This document shows, piece by piece, positions 21,613-49,231 of a DNA stretch of 64,000 bases. The notes beneath the pieces were generated by a model. The model was not told where the DNA came from, ran no database searches, and was given only the letters and a program-made list of their open reading frames with translations. Position 1 is the first letter of the stretch. Each line of letters starts with the position of its first letter. A program made the translations under genes and the position numbers. The DNA comes from the human T2T-CHM13v2.0 reference genome, Homo sapiens: the NCBI RefSeq assembly GCF_009914755.1, contig NC_060946.1. One strand, written 5' to 3'.

Positions 21613-22102
21613 TGCCTGAGACGCCAGCATTGAGAAGCGAGACCCAGGGGGAGGGCCCTTGCTTCCAGGTACCTGCCTGAGACGCCAGCATTGAGAAGCG
21701 AGACCCAGGTGGAGGGCCCTTGCTTCCAGGTACCTGCCTGAGACGCCAGCATTGAGAAGCGAGACCCAGGGGGAGGGCCCTTGCTTCCAGGTACCTGCCT
21801 GAGACGCCAGCACTAAGAAGCGAGACCCAGGGGGAGGGCCCTTGCTTCCAGGTACCTGTCTGAGACGCCAGCACTAAGAAGCGAGACCCAGGGGGAGGGC
21901 CCTTGCTTCCAGGTACCTGCCTGAGACGCCAGCATTGAGAAGCGAGACCCAGGTGGAGGGCCCTTGCTTCCAGGTACCTGCCTGAGACGCCAGCATTGAG
22001 AAGCGAGACCCAGGTGGAGGGTCCTTGCTTCCAGGTACCTGCCTGAGACGCCAGCATTGAGAAGCGAGACCCAGGTGGAGGGCCCTTGCTTCCAGGTACC
22101 TG
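21613..22102. repeat. Minisatellite, 8 x 61 bp (TGCCTGAGACGCCAGCATTGAGAAGCGAGACCCAGG[G/T]GGAGGGCCCTTGCTTCCAGGTACC), intron 3
   Basis: Unit starts every 61 nt from 21613 to 22040. Confidence 0.97.
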
Positions 22103-22117
22103 TGAGGTGAGACTCTA

Positions 22118-22576
<459 letters not shown>

Positions 22577-23727
22577 TCAGAGCCCTGCTCTGCAAAATGC
22601 GGGATGACAGGACTTGCCTCCCAAGGCCATTGTGAGACTCAGACCAGCGGGCGTGCACAAGGCTCGTGGAGTGCATGCAGCAGTGCCTGTGGGGCAGTCT
22701 TGCAGGTGCAGGTGGCAGTGAGCCCACACCCCTGCCCACAGGAAGGCCAAGGATGAGGATGGAAATGCAGTTTCCACAAGCTCCCCAGGGGACCTCACGC
22801 ACTGGCAGCTCTGGGCCATCAGTGTGTGCCCTTTCCCTCTACCTCACTCCGGCTGTGACTGTGGCAGCACTGAGCTAAATCACTGCCACCTGGGTTGCAG
22901 CCTTGCCCCGTCCCTTAACTTATGGCAAGACAGACGCAGCCCTCACGCTATGGCGGGTGGACACACTTCCTGGCCGAGTGGCTGCAGGGATGTCCTCAGG
23001 TTGTGCCTCCTCCTCCCATCTGGTAAACAGAGGCAGCACCACTGCTGCTCTGTTTAGTTAGGCAGCTACCTCACCAGGAAGTTAGGAGAATGAATGCTAC
23101 TTTTAGGAAGCAGAGGAAAAAAGTAAAAGCTACACACAAATGCCAAGAGCTGCTCTACCACAGTCCTCAGTCCAGGCAGCCCCTGGGTGTCTCGTCCCAG
23201 CTCTCATGACATCACACTTGGCCCAGCCGAGCCCTGGGCTGGGGAGGAAAAGAACAAAATATTCTCCATCTGCTATGAGCCAAAAGCCTTGGACGCAAAT
23301 GGGTTCTAAAAGGGATGGGGACACAGGGCAGCTGGCAAGGGGCTGACTAGGGAACACGAGCAGACTCACCCTGCCCCTCTCCACTGGACCACCTTCAAAC
23401 CTCTGCAGCCACCAAGGCCCGTCCCAGCCCACATCAGCCTCCTCTGGGGCCACAAGTACAGGCAGACGGGAGACTTGACTTCTATCCCACTCTACCACCA
23501 ACTTCCAAGTGACCAGGCTAGTTCCTCTCCCCCTCCCTCTCAGGCTCTCCATTTTCTCATCTGCAAAGCGGTCCCTGTCCCTGTGCTCCTGCAGTTCTAG
23601 GCTCTCTGTTGTTTAGGCTGGACACGAGACTAGTTCCAGCCAATGGAAGGTGAACAGAGTGACGAGTGTCACCTCTGGCTGGAGGTGGTTAAATATACAG
23701 AGTGCCTTCGCACATTCCCTGCTGCTA

Positions 23728-24015
<288 letters not shown>

Positions 24016-24071
24016 TTACCTACTACTGCAGTGCAGCCTGGCCTAGCCTAGCCTAACCCACACTCTGTTCA

Positions 24072-24662
<591 letters not shown>

Positions 24663-25507
24663 CTAGAGTAAAAACCATAGTCCGTACCCAAGGACTCGAT
24701 GGGACCTCCTGTCCTCTATGATCTCAGCTCCTACAGTTCCCACTTCCATCCTCAGCTGCAGCCACGCTGGCCTCTTTGCTGTTCCTTGAACATATTAAGC
24801 CTGCTTCTGCCACAGGGCCTTTGCACTGGCTGTCTCTGCTCAGTCAAATACCTCCCTCCCACCCTTCCTTTAGGTCTCTACCTTGACCACCATGAAAACA
24901 TGTCAGCCTCTCCCAGGCTGGGCATGCCTGACTCCCTGCTTTCCTTTCTTTTCCTCCAGAGCACTCATTACATCGACACCACCCGACTAACTCGATTCAC
25001 TCATGTATTTATTAACTGTTCCCCCCACCCCACCTAGAATGCAGGCCCCCTGGGGACAGCGGCTCTGTTTGGGACTATACAGGCAGCACTGGGAACCGTG
25101 GACACACAACAGAAATTCGGGAGCTTCCTGGTGGGCCTGAACATCTTTATACCCTGGAGCCAGTAAAACCACTTTACTGCTGAGGCCTCCTCCGAGGGCC
25201 TGTGTGCGTTCTTCGCCATTTCTCCCCCTTTCCTTAATGGCTGACCCACTCCCCATCATCCAGCTGTGCTGTTTTGGAGACTCTGTGGCTCCTCCCCAAT
25301 CTGTGTACCTCTAAACTCTCATCTTTTAACCCAGCCCATGTGCCACCCCTCCTGAAAGCCTGCCTGCACACCTTCTCCAGTTCTGAGACTTCTAGCCATT
25401 CTGCATCCTCGAACACGCGGGTCTGTCACCACTCACATGTTCATCCTCCTGCCTACTCTTTGAGGCAAGATCTCACACCCCCAGCCCACTTACAATACTT
25501 AACTTGA

Positions 25508-25802
25508 TTATTATTATTTTGACACAGGGTCTCGCTCTGTTGCCCAGGCTAGAGTGCAATGGTGCAATCTCGGCTCCCTGCGGCTTCCGCCTCCCGGGCT
25601 CAAGAATCCTCCTGCCTTAGCCTCCTGAGTAGCTGGGATTACAGGCGTGCGTCATCAAGCCTGGCTAATTTTCTAATTTTTTGTAGAGATGGGGGTCTCC
25701 CTATGCTGCCCAGGTTGGTCTTGAACTCCTGGCCTCAAGCAATTCTCCTGTCTCATCCTCCCAAAATGCTGGGATTATAGGCGTGAGTCACTGTGCCTGG
25801 CC
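25508..25802 (-). mobile_element. AluJ-like element, intron 1
   Basis: Alu dimer motifs. Confidence 0.85.
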
Positions 25803-25867
25803 TATCTACTGATTTTCACTGCTTGTTTCCAAAGATCGTGAGGTGCCTCACAGTGAAACAAAGAATA

Positions 25868-26110
25868 GTGGGTGGGGCCCTCATGAATGAGATTAGTGCC
25901 CTCATAAAAGGAACCCCAGAGAGCTGCCATGCCCCTTCTACCACATGAGGACACAGGGAGAAGGCACCGTCTCTGAGCCAAAAAGTGAGCCTTCTCCACA
26001 CACTGAATCTGCCAGCACCTTGATCTTGGACTTCCCAGCCTCCAGAACTGTGAGGAAGGAGGCAGTCGATTTATGGGATTTTGTCATAGTGGCTCAAGAA
26101 GACTAAGGCA
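25868..26110 (+). mobile_element. MLT1A/MST-type MaLR LTR fragment
   Basis: GGGGCCCTCATGAATGAGATTAGTGCCCTCATAAAAG...CTTGGACTTCCCAGCCTCCAGAACTGTGAG. Confidence 0.75.
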
Positions 26111-28472
26111 GGAGCCTGGCTGCACCCTCTACCCAAGCCCTGATGGGGCGGCCCTTTCAGTACAGCCACCTGCTGACAGGCTGGTCAGTGCCATCCAGCA
26201 AACACCTCTGCCCAAATCACCAACTCTGGCAATAACCTGCAATGCAACCAGAGAAACACCCGACAATTTTAAAAGATGCAAAGTGCAGTATGTAGGCACT
26301 GAGGAAAGAGCCTGGCTGGAGCGTGAGCACCAGCTCCCCCGCCAACCAGCCACGTGGGTTCCCTGCTCCAAAAATGAGCTCAGAGAATGAGCGAACACCA
26401 ACCCCGACCGTCTCGGTCTGAACCCAGAGGTCAACCTAGATGATCTCATGGTCCCTTCCAAATTCGCAAGCTGGTATTCAAGTCAGAATATCCTGACACC
26501 AACGGAGGTTTCCCTGGGCCTTCCTGGGTGCGGCGGCCTGCAGCCTGGCCCCGCGATGCAGAGGATCCTGCGCCCGCTGTCTGTCTGCACTGCCCGCCTG
26601 CACCCCGGCTCCTCGCCAACGGCCGCAGCATCTCCGCCACCATGTCGGCTCTTAGCTGTAAGTGTGCACCCTAGGAGAGCCCTGTACATTTCTATTTTCC
26701 CACATATACATGATCTCTTAACACACCAATTGAGACACAAATCGAGACTAAAACTCAAAACTGGAGAAGGCGTCTATATAAAGAAATTCAAAAATGGAGA
26801 AGGTGTCTATATAAAGACTGGTGGCAAGCTTTGAAAAAGAGACACAGTGACAAGTCCAAGAATAGCTCCTGTAAGTATGGTTGCAAAACTGAAAACCAGT
26901 GCCAGAAATATTTCTTGAAAAAGACTGGGGTTGTAAATCATCATCTTTGTCTATCATCCCAAATTAAATGAATAAACATGGGGAATTGTGGGGGGACCAA
27001 AGGAAGTACAAATACGCTCAAATCTTCACCTTCCAAGCAAGGTGTGGGGGGATGTCGAAGGCTGTTTTGTTCATGACTAAGGGCGGTGTTGAGAAACCCC
27101 CAGCTTGGACTCCCAGGCAGAGGGGCAACCCCAGAGAGCAGACCCGAGCCAGGGCTGGGATGTGGGTGAAGGCTACAGGCCAGCTTCCTCCTGCGGCTCT
27201 GCCCACTCACGTGCCCATGCCCACTTGGCATTCAGGGCCCCTTCACGTTCTTCATATAGGTCGTTTATTTCACAAGAGGAAATGCACCCAGAGATGTGAG
27301 TGACTTACCCCCAAATCAGAGCCAGGACTCAAGGCCAGGTCCTATCAACACGTTGTCTCCTCACCTCCTACAAAGTGGGGGGACCTAGCTGAGCCACCCC
27401 TCCTGCTCCAGAGCCTCCTAACAAGACATGGCCATACCCTTCCTCCCATAGCCTCCAGACTCTTCTAGCAGGAGGGGAGGCAGGTCCCCCAGGGTGGAGG
27501 AGAAGCCACCATGGCTGGGAGTGTTTCCGCAGCCCAACCCATGCTGGCCACGTTTCTGCACCGAGGCCAATTCATAAACAACTTATTTTACTCTTGGGCA
27601 ACCCCGGTGGTTTACAAAGCATTTCCCCAAACATTATCTCATGTATTTTCTCAAGGCAACTTTGAAGAAAGTAACATTATCTCCATCTTAGAGATGAGGA
27701 AAACGATGCAGAACTTGGTTTTACAGCCACCCAGGGTGGCAACAATTCAAGGGTTTTCATAATTCCCCAAAATACTTAAAGCCGTATTCTGGCTCATAGA
27801 CGCATGGTCCCCAATACCCAAGAAAGCAGGTGCAGGCAGCTGCTTGAAGGCCCAGAGCTCGCCTTGCTCCCTGGACCCAAGGCAGCAGACGGAGGCTGTC
27901 AAACGTACTCCCAAGTCAGTGACCACAAGGCCAGACTCTGCAAACTGTTCACAGTGTGTTGGGGCTGGGGCAGGGTGGGCACTGGATTCTGACCCTTTCA
28001 CACTCTGTACAGGCACTGACCGGGAAGCTGCCTGCCCAGGTCCCACAGGCAAGCAGGACGTTCACCTGGCACAGCCTGTGGACCTTGGGGAAGCAGGGGC
28101 AATGCCATCTGGTGCAGCCTCTTTACTCCCGTGGGGAAAGGGGTGGGGAAGGGCTCCATCCATGTCTCCCCTTTTCCAATGCAGTCCATGCAAACAGATG
28201 AGGCTCAGAATTCCAGCTGCTCTGGCAGGACCAGATCCAGATGATGCTGTTTTTTTTTTTTTTTGAGACAAGAGTCTTGCTCTGTTGCTCAGGCTGCAGT
28301 GCAATGACATGATCACAGCTCACTGCAGCCTTGACCTCCCTAGGCCCGAGTGATCCTCCCACCTCAGTCTCCCAAGCAGCTGGGACCACAGGCATGTGCC
28401 ACCATGTCCAACAAATTTTTTTTTTTTTTTGAGACAGAGCTTCACTCTGTTGCCCAGACTGGAGTGCAGTAG

Positions 28473-28730
<258 letters not shown>

Positions 28731-29213
28731 TGACCAAGTGTTAAACTTCTGCCAGGAACATGACAGAGGGCCCTGATGGAAGATGCTGAAATCATCTTTC
28801 TAACAAGTCCTGAGGCCTCTGGACTCCATGCCAGGCACCGGCAGACCCAGCCTCAGCCTTTAAGGTGCTCCAAGCCATTCTTCATGCCTTCTCTATGCCA
28901 CAGGCAGGAGTGACCTGGAGGCCTCTTCCCCTTGCACTGCTGAGGTGAGTGTCCAGCACTACAGGAGCCTAGAGCAAGCATCGGGCTTGGGCAGGCTGGG
29001 GAGGGGGTCAGAGAAGGCTTCCATGTGGTGGGGACATAACCAGGCTTCTGCTGTGAGTCACCCTACAGGACTCCCACTAGACTCCACCACGTGCAACCTG
29101 CGCGGGTACTTCTCTCGGAGCCTCAGTTTCTTCATTATAACATTTCAGGGGAATTACATAATTAACAAGGGACAGTTCTAGGTTATAGAAGTCCCATTAA
29201 TAAATGGAGAAAG

Positions 29214-32881
<3,668 letters not shown>

Positions 32882-33330
32882 AACAATCCTTATTGATTGC
32901 TTTTCCACAAGATAACCAATAAATCTCTGATACAAACTGAGTCCCTCCCCATCTTACTACACATTTCATAGAAAAATCTGTTGTTCTGCTGTCTAAAGCT
33001 TTTTATTATGGAACATTTCAAACATACAAAACTGGAACAAATAGTGTAATGAATTTTTCCACCTCTCCATCACTGAGCTTTAACGGTTAGCAACACTGCG
33101 CAATCTTGTTGCATCTTTCCCTGTCCCCCAGATGTAATGTTAAATACTTCGGTGTGCATCTGTACTTGATAAAGACTTTTTAAACTTTCTATTTTGAAAT
33201 AATCGTAGGTTCACAGGAAATTGCAAAAATAGAATCTAGGGTCCTGTATGCCCTTCACCCAGCTTCCTCAACGGGTGACGTCTAGTCTAGCTGTAGTACA
33301 GTATCAAAGCCTGGAAGTGGACATTAATAG

Positions 33331-33536
<206 letters not shown>

Positions 33537-33885
33537 TAGCTGAACTCCTAAAAAGCTACGTAACAGAATTTTCTAGTCCATTAAAAATTTTCCAAAGCAT
33601 TTTAGTGGGTTTTGGACTCGCTTGTTAAGAATTTTAAAATAAAATACCTTCCATTTCGTTTACAAAAACGTGATTGGCATCAGGGAGGATGGAAATGTAC
33701 CGGCCAAATTTCAACAAATCCTTTGCATACTCAGTGGACGGGATGGAAAAATGAGTAACCCGATTTAGAAAGAAAGCCAAGGATGCGTCTGCTCCGTGTG
33801 CAGCTTCCTGTCCCAGACAGGATCTTTTGCAGGGAAAGCAGCCATTAAAACCCAGTCTCTAAACAAGCCGAACGTGAAGCCAGCC

Positions 33886-34212
33886 AGACCTTCCAAACTC
33901 TCTCTCACTGATCACGAAAGCGCACGTTCCAAAAAATGACCCCGTGTATGAACCCAGGAGGTTTCTGTACCGTCAACAAAGTAAAAATTTTCTTTATTAC
34001 ATCTTTAGCTTGGCCTTTGGTTTCTGTTTTTGGTGTAGGTTTTATTACGTACACACTGAAACAGTAAAGTAATATACGTGTATACTTATTGTAACATACA
34101 CTTATAATTACACCAATATCCACATATTGGGGGTGCATGTTCAAGAGGTTTTGTTCTGGTTTCTTTTTTACTGATAGGGCTGTGTGATCCAAGGAAGTTT
34201 GGAGAGCAGTGC
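33886..34212. mobile_element. Possible hAT-type DNA transposon relic
   Basis: Degenerate inverted termini (CCAAACTC...TGATCAC / GTGATC...AGTTTGG) around an AT-rich core. Confidence 0.35.
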
Positions 34213-34430
34213 TATAGTGATAGGCAAAGGCCCAAGGCTTCCTAATGGCTGCTGCTATTCCCCTCTCCTCTGCAATCTCTCTGCCTCTCTGTCCTTCCCC
34301 AGACAAGGCCCCCTGGCTCAGTTCCAGGCTGCAGATCAGACAGAAAACAAATTCAAGGACCCCCACCTCCCCCACATACAGCCTACCTGCCAGTGAGTGC
34401 AGTCTCCACACCTGTCTCTCATTCACACGC

Positions 34431-34448
34431 CACCCAGCAGGTGGCAAA
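34431..34448 (+). promoter_or_regulatory. Candidate CTCF site
   Basis: CCAGCAGGTGGCA matches the CTCF core; motif only. Confidence 0.3.
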
Positions 34449-34587
34449 GAGGCCAGGCCACGCAGTCTGCACTTTGTCCCAGGCTCTGAGACAGGGAACT
34501 GAGTTGGAACCTCAGCATTATCACCTAAGCTGGGCCTGAGGCAGGTGACTGGACCTCTCTGACTGTGTTTCTTAGGGAGAAAAGTCC

Positions 34588-35228
<641 letters not shown>

Positions 35229-35632
35229 ACCGTCTTCCAGAACTGTAGGGAGGCTGATGAGGAAGCAGACATCCAGTGTCGTTTATTTCTATGTTTATTT
35301 TCAACTGTAATGGTATCCCTCCTCCCAACCTGAAATCCACTGAGAATGTGGCAGGAGCTGGCCGTGGGACCCAAAGTCTCACTTCTCCCAAGACTGCCCC
35401 ACCTCCCTCCTCTTCCAGGAAAGACGTCTTCCGGCTGGCCCCCCATCAGAGACATCCTTTCTCAGATAAGCTACGCAGCTATGTCGTCACTGAACTTGGC
35501 CACCTGCCTTGGAGTTTATTTCGGGAGCATCCCACCATCTCACCCAGATTCTATCGTCAGAGTCATTTTAACTCATGTTTGAGGGACACCTTACTGCTGC
35601 TATCCCCTCTGCCCATGGATTTTATTATGTGC

Positions 35633-36752
<1,120 letters not shown>

Positions 36753-39244
36753 GCAAGCAGCTTGCAGATGCAAAACAGAGGTTTGAAGGGCTGACGTCAT
36801 TTGCCCACAATCACCTGACAAATGGTTCTTCCGACTGCCACTGCCGTGCTGTGAAATCCGCAGAACTCTGGAGCCTGACCACCTAGACCTGACCTCCAGC
36901 TTTGCCACTGGCTAGCTTTGTGTCTGTGAGCAAGTTACACAACCTCTCCTTGCCTTAGCTTCCTCATCTATAAAATGGGGAAGCAGCCATACCTGCCTCT
37001 GAGAGAGAGGGACGGAATAATGAGTGAACACAGAAAGCACTGAGAAGGTCTGGCACCATGTGATGTCAGCTGCCATTGCTCTCCCACTTCCTCCTTCGGC
37101 CAGCCTGGGATTTCATGCTCCCAACAGTCTCTGGGACCCAGGTTCTGTTGCTGGGTATTTGCTCTCTTTAAATCTTCTGAGGTCATATTTTCATTCATTA
37201 GTTTCAGATCCAAACCCTTTAGAGCTGCAGCCACGAAGTGCTCACTCAGGCGGCTGCCACCCACAGGCCAAGCTAAACTGGCAACCCGTTCACATATATA
37301 TCCCTGGAATATTCATGCAGCCTGGGAGGGCTTTTGTTCTCTTATTTAATATAGATGGAGAACCTTCCATCTTACCATAACTCGCTGGTTGGGGTCAGAC
37401 TCGAGCACTGTTCATCTGAACTGACCGCTCTGCTCCCACTCCAGCCGCCTGGGAATGACAACGGGAATGACAGCCGGCCCTCCTGCCTTTGGGGGTTGCC
37501 TGGGCTCTCTGAGCTTCTGGGCAGCTGCATTATTGGGGGAGGCTGATCCACATCAGAGCAGGTCAGCAACCCACAGCCTGGCCCTTCTCCAGAGGGGATT
37601 AGAGGGAAAGAGCGGCCCCTGGCCAGGCACTTCTGCCTGGTGAGCCTTTTGAAAAGGATCACATGCCCTCACAAGGGGTCAGGGGTCCACAGCTCTCCTT
37701 CCGTCTCCCCTTCAATCAACACAAACAAGCGGAGGCCACTCTAGCGGCTCCACATTTCTCCCCCTTCTCCTGGGCCAAGTTCCCAGGAATCTCTCAACCA
37801 GGAAAGCAAAATCATCCAATCATGTACATATCTGTCACTTGGGTGGGGGTGCAGAAATAAAGGGGAACAACAAAGAAATCCAAAGTCCCTCAGCGAGGGC
37901 TTACTCAATTCAGCCTTGTAATTAGGTTCTTTCCTTTAGTACATACCAGTCCTAATTTTGATGATCTCAGTTTTCTCTCAAATTGAGAACAATGGACCAA
38001 CGCTCAGCCTCTTTAGCTGGATTGTTGAGCCCCTCTACATGTGACCACCTTTCCAGCCAGCTAAAATCCCACTGGGCACTGAGCGGATAGGTCCCCTGCA
38101 GATTCAGCATCCTGCACCCCAACAATGCTACCACCCCATGGGAGCAGGCTGTCTAAACCAGGATCCCTGTACCTGCTCTGTCCCTGTAATCAAGAAGCCT
38201 GGCTCCAGCCAGGACACCCTAGATTTCTCATACCAACCTGAATTTCATTCATGCAAACACATTCTGAGTCAGGTAAGCCATCAACCCACCCTGGGTGTAT
38301 ACCCAGCAAAGAGCGCACACGCGCCCCCAAAGACAAGAATGAATTCACCGAAGAGGCTGGACATAACCCAATGCCTGTCCACAGGAGAATGAATAAATAG
38401 TGGTATATTTGGTGAACTCCTACGCAGCAGAGAAAAAAACCAAAGGGCCACTACAGGCAACCTGGATGATCTGACAGTGCTGCGGGAAGGCAGCCAGACA
38501 CCGAGGAGTCCGTTCTGTACACTCTGTGTGTGGGAGGCCCAAACAGGCAGCGGCAGGCACCACGCGAAAGTGCCAAGGTGTGAGTGGTGACTACCGGCGA
38601 AGAGCGAGTGGCCAGGAGGGGGCCCCAGGGAGCTTCCTTGGGTGCAGGAACCATTGTGTGGCTTGATCTGGGCAGTTTACACAGAAGCCAGGGAGGTCAG
38701 AAGGCAGTGCAGAAGTGGAAACTAAGCTGGCCCTTGAAAGTCAGACAGGACCTGGGCACGTGGAGACTGCTCTGGACGGAAAGGCAGGCAAAGGGAACTA
38801 TATGAGCAAAGGCACGGAGGTGGGGAGTTAAGAGGGCAGACAGAGGAAGGGGTGACAGGCCAAGTGCGGCTCAAGAAGAGGCCCAGTAAAGAGGGCCTGG
38901 GATGCCCAGTGCTGAGTTAAAGTGTATCTTTCTGTCAGTGGGGAAGCCCCCAAAGGTTTCAGAAATCATGACGTGAGCCAATCGGAGCAAGGGTTGAAAA
39001 TGACAAAGTCAGCCAACAGCAGTGTGTCCAAGGGGCCCAGAGAGGGCTCCATCTCTCCAAGGCCGGGACCGGGGGTCGTATTTACCAAGCAACACCCAAG
39101 CCCTCACACTCGGCCCCTTTGTGAGAACCAAGCACATATTTTTTGATTAGTGGTCTGGGGCCTGAGTGAGGCTCCTGTACTTGAGAAGTAGCCAGAACCT
39201 TGACCTTCCTACACTGGGCAGGAGGCAAGGTTACAGTCCTTATG

Positions 39245-46060
<6,816 letters not shown>

Positions 46061-49000
46061 AGTTCCAGCTCAGAGAAGCCAGTTCCCAGCAGGCAAGGGG
46101 TCAGCAGTGGGGCAGACACCGTTACAACAGTGGGCTCCAGAACCTGCCCTGAGTCACACAGGGTCTTCAAGACCAAAAGCTGCTAGAAGACAACAAGAGA
46201 AAGGCGGCGGGGTCTAAAAGCGATGCCAGGGGCTGTAGGAAAGCCAACGGAACAAAGGCCTGGTCTTCCAGAAGTTCTCTGCAGGAATGAAGGAGGGATG
46301 AGAAGGGATGGTAATACTGCCCCATAACACATGGCTGAGCATGTCACATCCTTCCAGAAACTTTCAAGGCCTCCCTGTTGACATCAGGATCAAGTTCAAA
46401 CTCCTTGGCGGGGCCTCCAAAGGTCTTCAGGACACAGACCCAACACAGTCACAGGCAGTTCAAGCCTCTGCGTCTGAGAGGTGAGGCAGCTCAGACCTCC
46501 ACATCTGCCCGGAGTTCCCTCTACCTGGAACGCCCTCCTTCTCCTTCATAGGTGGAGCACCCCTCGTCCTTCAGGGCCAAGACGACTTCCAGCACCCCAG
46601 GGTTATGGGGGAGGAGCATGGGCTCTGAGGTCAGACCTACTGGTTCAAAACTCAGCTGTTCCACTCTCTGCTGCCTCCCCTACAAAATGCAGACAGTGAC
46701 AGCCCCCACCACACTGGGTGGTAGGAAAATTAAATACAGTAATTCATGAAAGCGCTTTGAACTGTGCCTGGCACACAGTAAGTGCTCAATAAACGGACTG
46801 TTGTTCCTATTGTCCTCTGGGCCCCTTTAGGGCCCTCTGTTTCCACCACAAGTAGGGCACTGTCTTGCACATATTTGTTACACATTGGGCTCCCTCTGCC
46901 AACCACCTTTTAGAGGGCTGCCCCAGCACAGTGCAGGGCAGCATGGTCTTCGGTGAGTGCTTACTACCCGGGGCTGCAGGGCCTGGTGCAGACCCCACAC
47001 AGAGCTCTCCCAGGGGCCCAGCTATTGGCCTTCCAGAACTCCCACACCAGATCCCCAGTCTAAAGGCCCAGAGCTGTGACTCGTTTTCAAAACAATAAAA
47101 AGCTGTACCCTGCCTTGCCGGGGCTGTTTCCACTCCAGGGAATTTACAGAGAGAAAATGAGCACAGCAGGGACTGGAAATAGCTCTGAGCCCTTCTCAGG
47201 GTGAGGGACTGGGCAGGCCAGCCAGAGACCAGGAGCAAAACCTCTAAGACAGAGAGGGAGCAAACAGCCTCCGGACAGAAGCCCCTGCTCACAGAACTCG
47301 GCCAATAGGAAAGAACTAGGACAAGTGGCTCATTCACCCTTCTGCCTCGAAGCTCTTCTTTCTACTTGGTTGGAGAAATTCAGAAGGGGCTCTTTGAATA
47401 ACCCACCACCACCGTGGGTGCAACAAATAAGACATCCAGAATCCCAACGACTGCACAAATGCTTTGGGGGAATTCACAGCGCCTTCTCCACCCACATTAG
47501 CTATTGGAGCCTCGTATCCAGATTGGGGTCACTAAATCAGTGTCCATCTTCCCAGCACTGGGAGCCCCTAGAAGGCAGGCACCAGGTCCCATTGATCATC
47601 AGACCGCTATGCCCCAGCATAGTGCCTGGCACATAGTAGATGCTCAGTAAGTTGCAAGACAAGATCTGGCAGCAAGAGAGAGGTCCTGGTTAAAGGATGA
47701 TTCCATCCAGGCTTGCCACGTATCGTGGAGAAGAACGTCATGAATTCCCTCTGGGCCTCAGTTTACCGCATCTGCAAATAGGGACAACTGTTCCTTACTC
47801 ACACAGCTGCTGTGCAAATTACACAGGAAAATATATGTGGAAAGCAGAAAAGCCTCAGATGAACGTCAGTCATCCTTCAGGCTTCAGCTCAACCGTCTCC
47901 TTATGAGGGAGTCTTTCCTGCGGCCACGATCCCCCTCCCCGGGAACTGAACCTGCCTCTGTACTCCTACTCCTTTGTTTGGTATTTTTCACATCATCGTG
48001 ATCACCTGTTTCCAAATCTGATTCCCCCATGCTTGAGAGCTCCTTGATGGCTTGGGCATCAAATGTTTCTGTCCAGGTGGGCACACATACCTGGCTGCTG
48101 GGGCTCTCCCACCCCAGCGTCCCAGGTCCCAACTCTGATACGCACAGCACCCTAGGCAAGGTTCAGAGGTGCAGAGCCTAGGGGTTCTACCAAGGAAGCT
48201 AAATAGGTAGATGGAAAGGGACACTGTAGGCATAACCTGTCAACGAAGTCACACCTCTGAGACCTGCGCTGCCTCTGCAGGTGCAGGTGAGCTTGTTTGC
48301 CTGGCTGACTCTGCAGCGCAGGGCCTCCAGGGCACAGATTGCTGCTTCTTTCCTTACAAAAGCACCAGCAGTCAGATAAATAATACATGGCCTTCACCTC
48401 ACCACAGGTATCAGGCATGCAAATACCTGCTTTGCCCCAAAATGCCCTGGAAAGGAGGGAGGAGTAAAACGTCTGGCCTTATACAACACCTCCAGAGGGG
48501 ATATGTATTGGGAATCCATGCCCAACCCCCAGCATAACTGCCTTGCCTTGGCCTGGAGCCACCCAGCACTGGAGGTAAGTGGATCCAAGCGAGGTACCAA
48601 GGGTGTGCCCAGGAGGAAATGTACAATTCACGGGAAGGATACAGACACCCAAAACCAGTCTCCACGGTCCCTTTGGGGGCAAACATCTTTCGAGCCCCAG
48701 GTCCCAGTCGATCCCCTTCCAAACCTGCGGACCTGTGTGGCGGGCGTGTACACCCTCCACTCACGACGCAGCCCCGAAAGCCCCCCGCCGACCACCCTCC
48801 CAGGTCACTGCCACCCGCACAGGGCACGGACGCCTCCCCCACTCACTCGGCCGTGCCAGTCGCCAGCACACCCACCCGGGAGCACACAATCCCTCTTGCA
48901 AAGCGCCTTGGTCCATCCGCCTCCCTCTCCCGGGGCCGCCCCCCGGACAGGTCCGATTACACTCCAGGAGCTGCCCCCGCCACGTTGGCGTGGAAAGGGA

Positions 49001-49231
49001 GCGGGCACACCCACGGGCGACCTCGCGGGGCGGAGAGGAGGCACGGGTGGGGAGACGGATGCCCCCTCCCTCCGCGGCCGCACCGGCCTCCGTAGTGCCC
49101 TCCCCGCCCGGGAGCCGGCGGCCGAAGCCGGGCGTCCCTCGCGCGGGCCTCTCCGAAACAAGCAGCCCCCCGCGCTCGGGAGTCGCAGCTCCCCCTTGGG
49201 GCTCCCGGGCGAGGCCGGCCAGGCGGGATAC

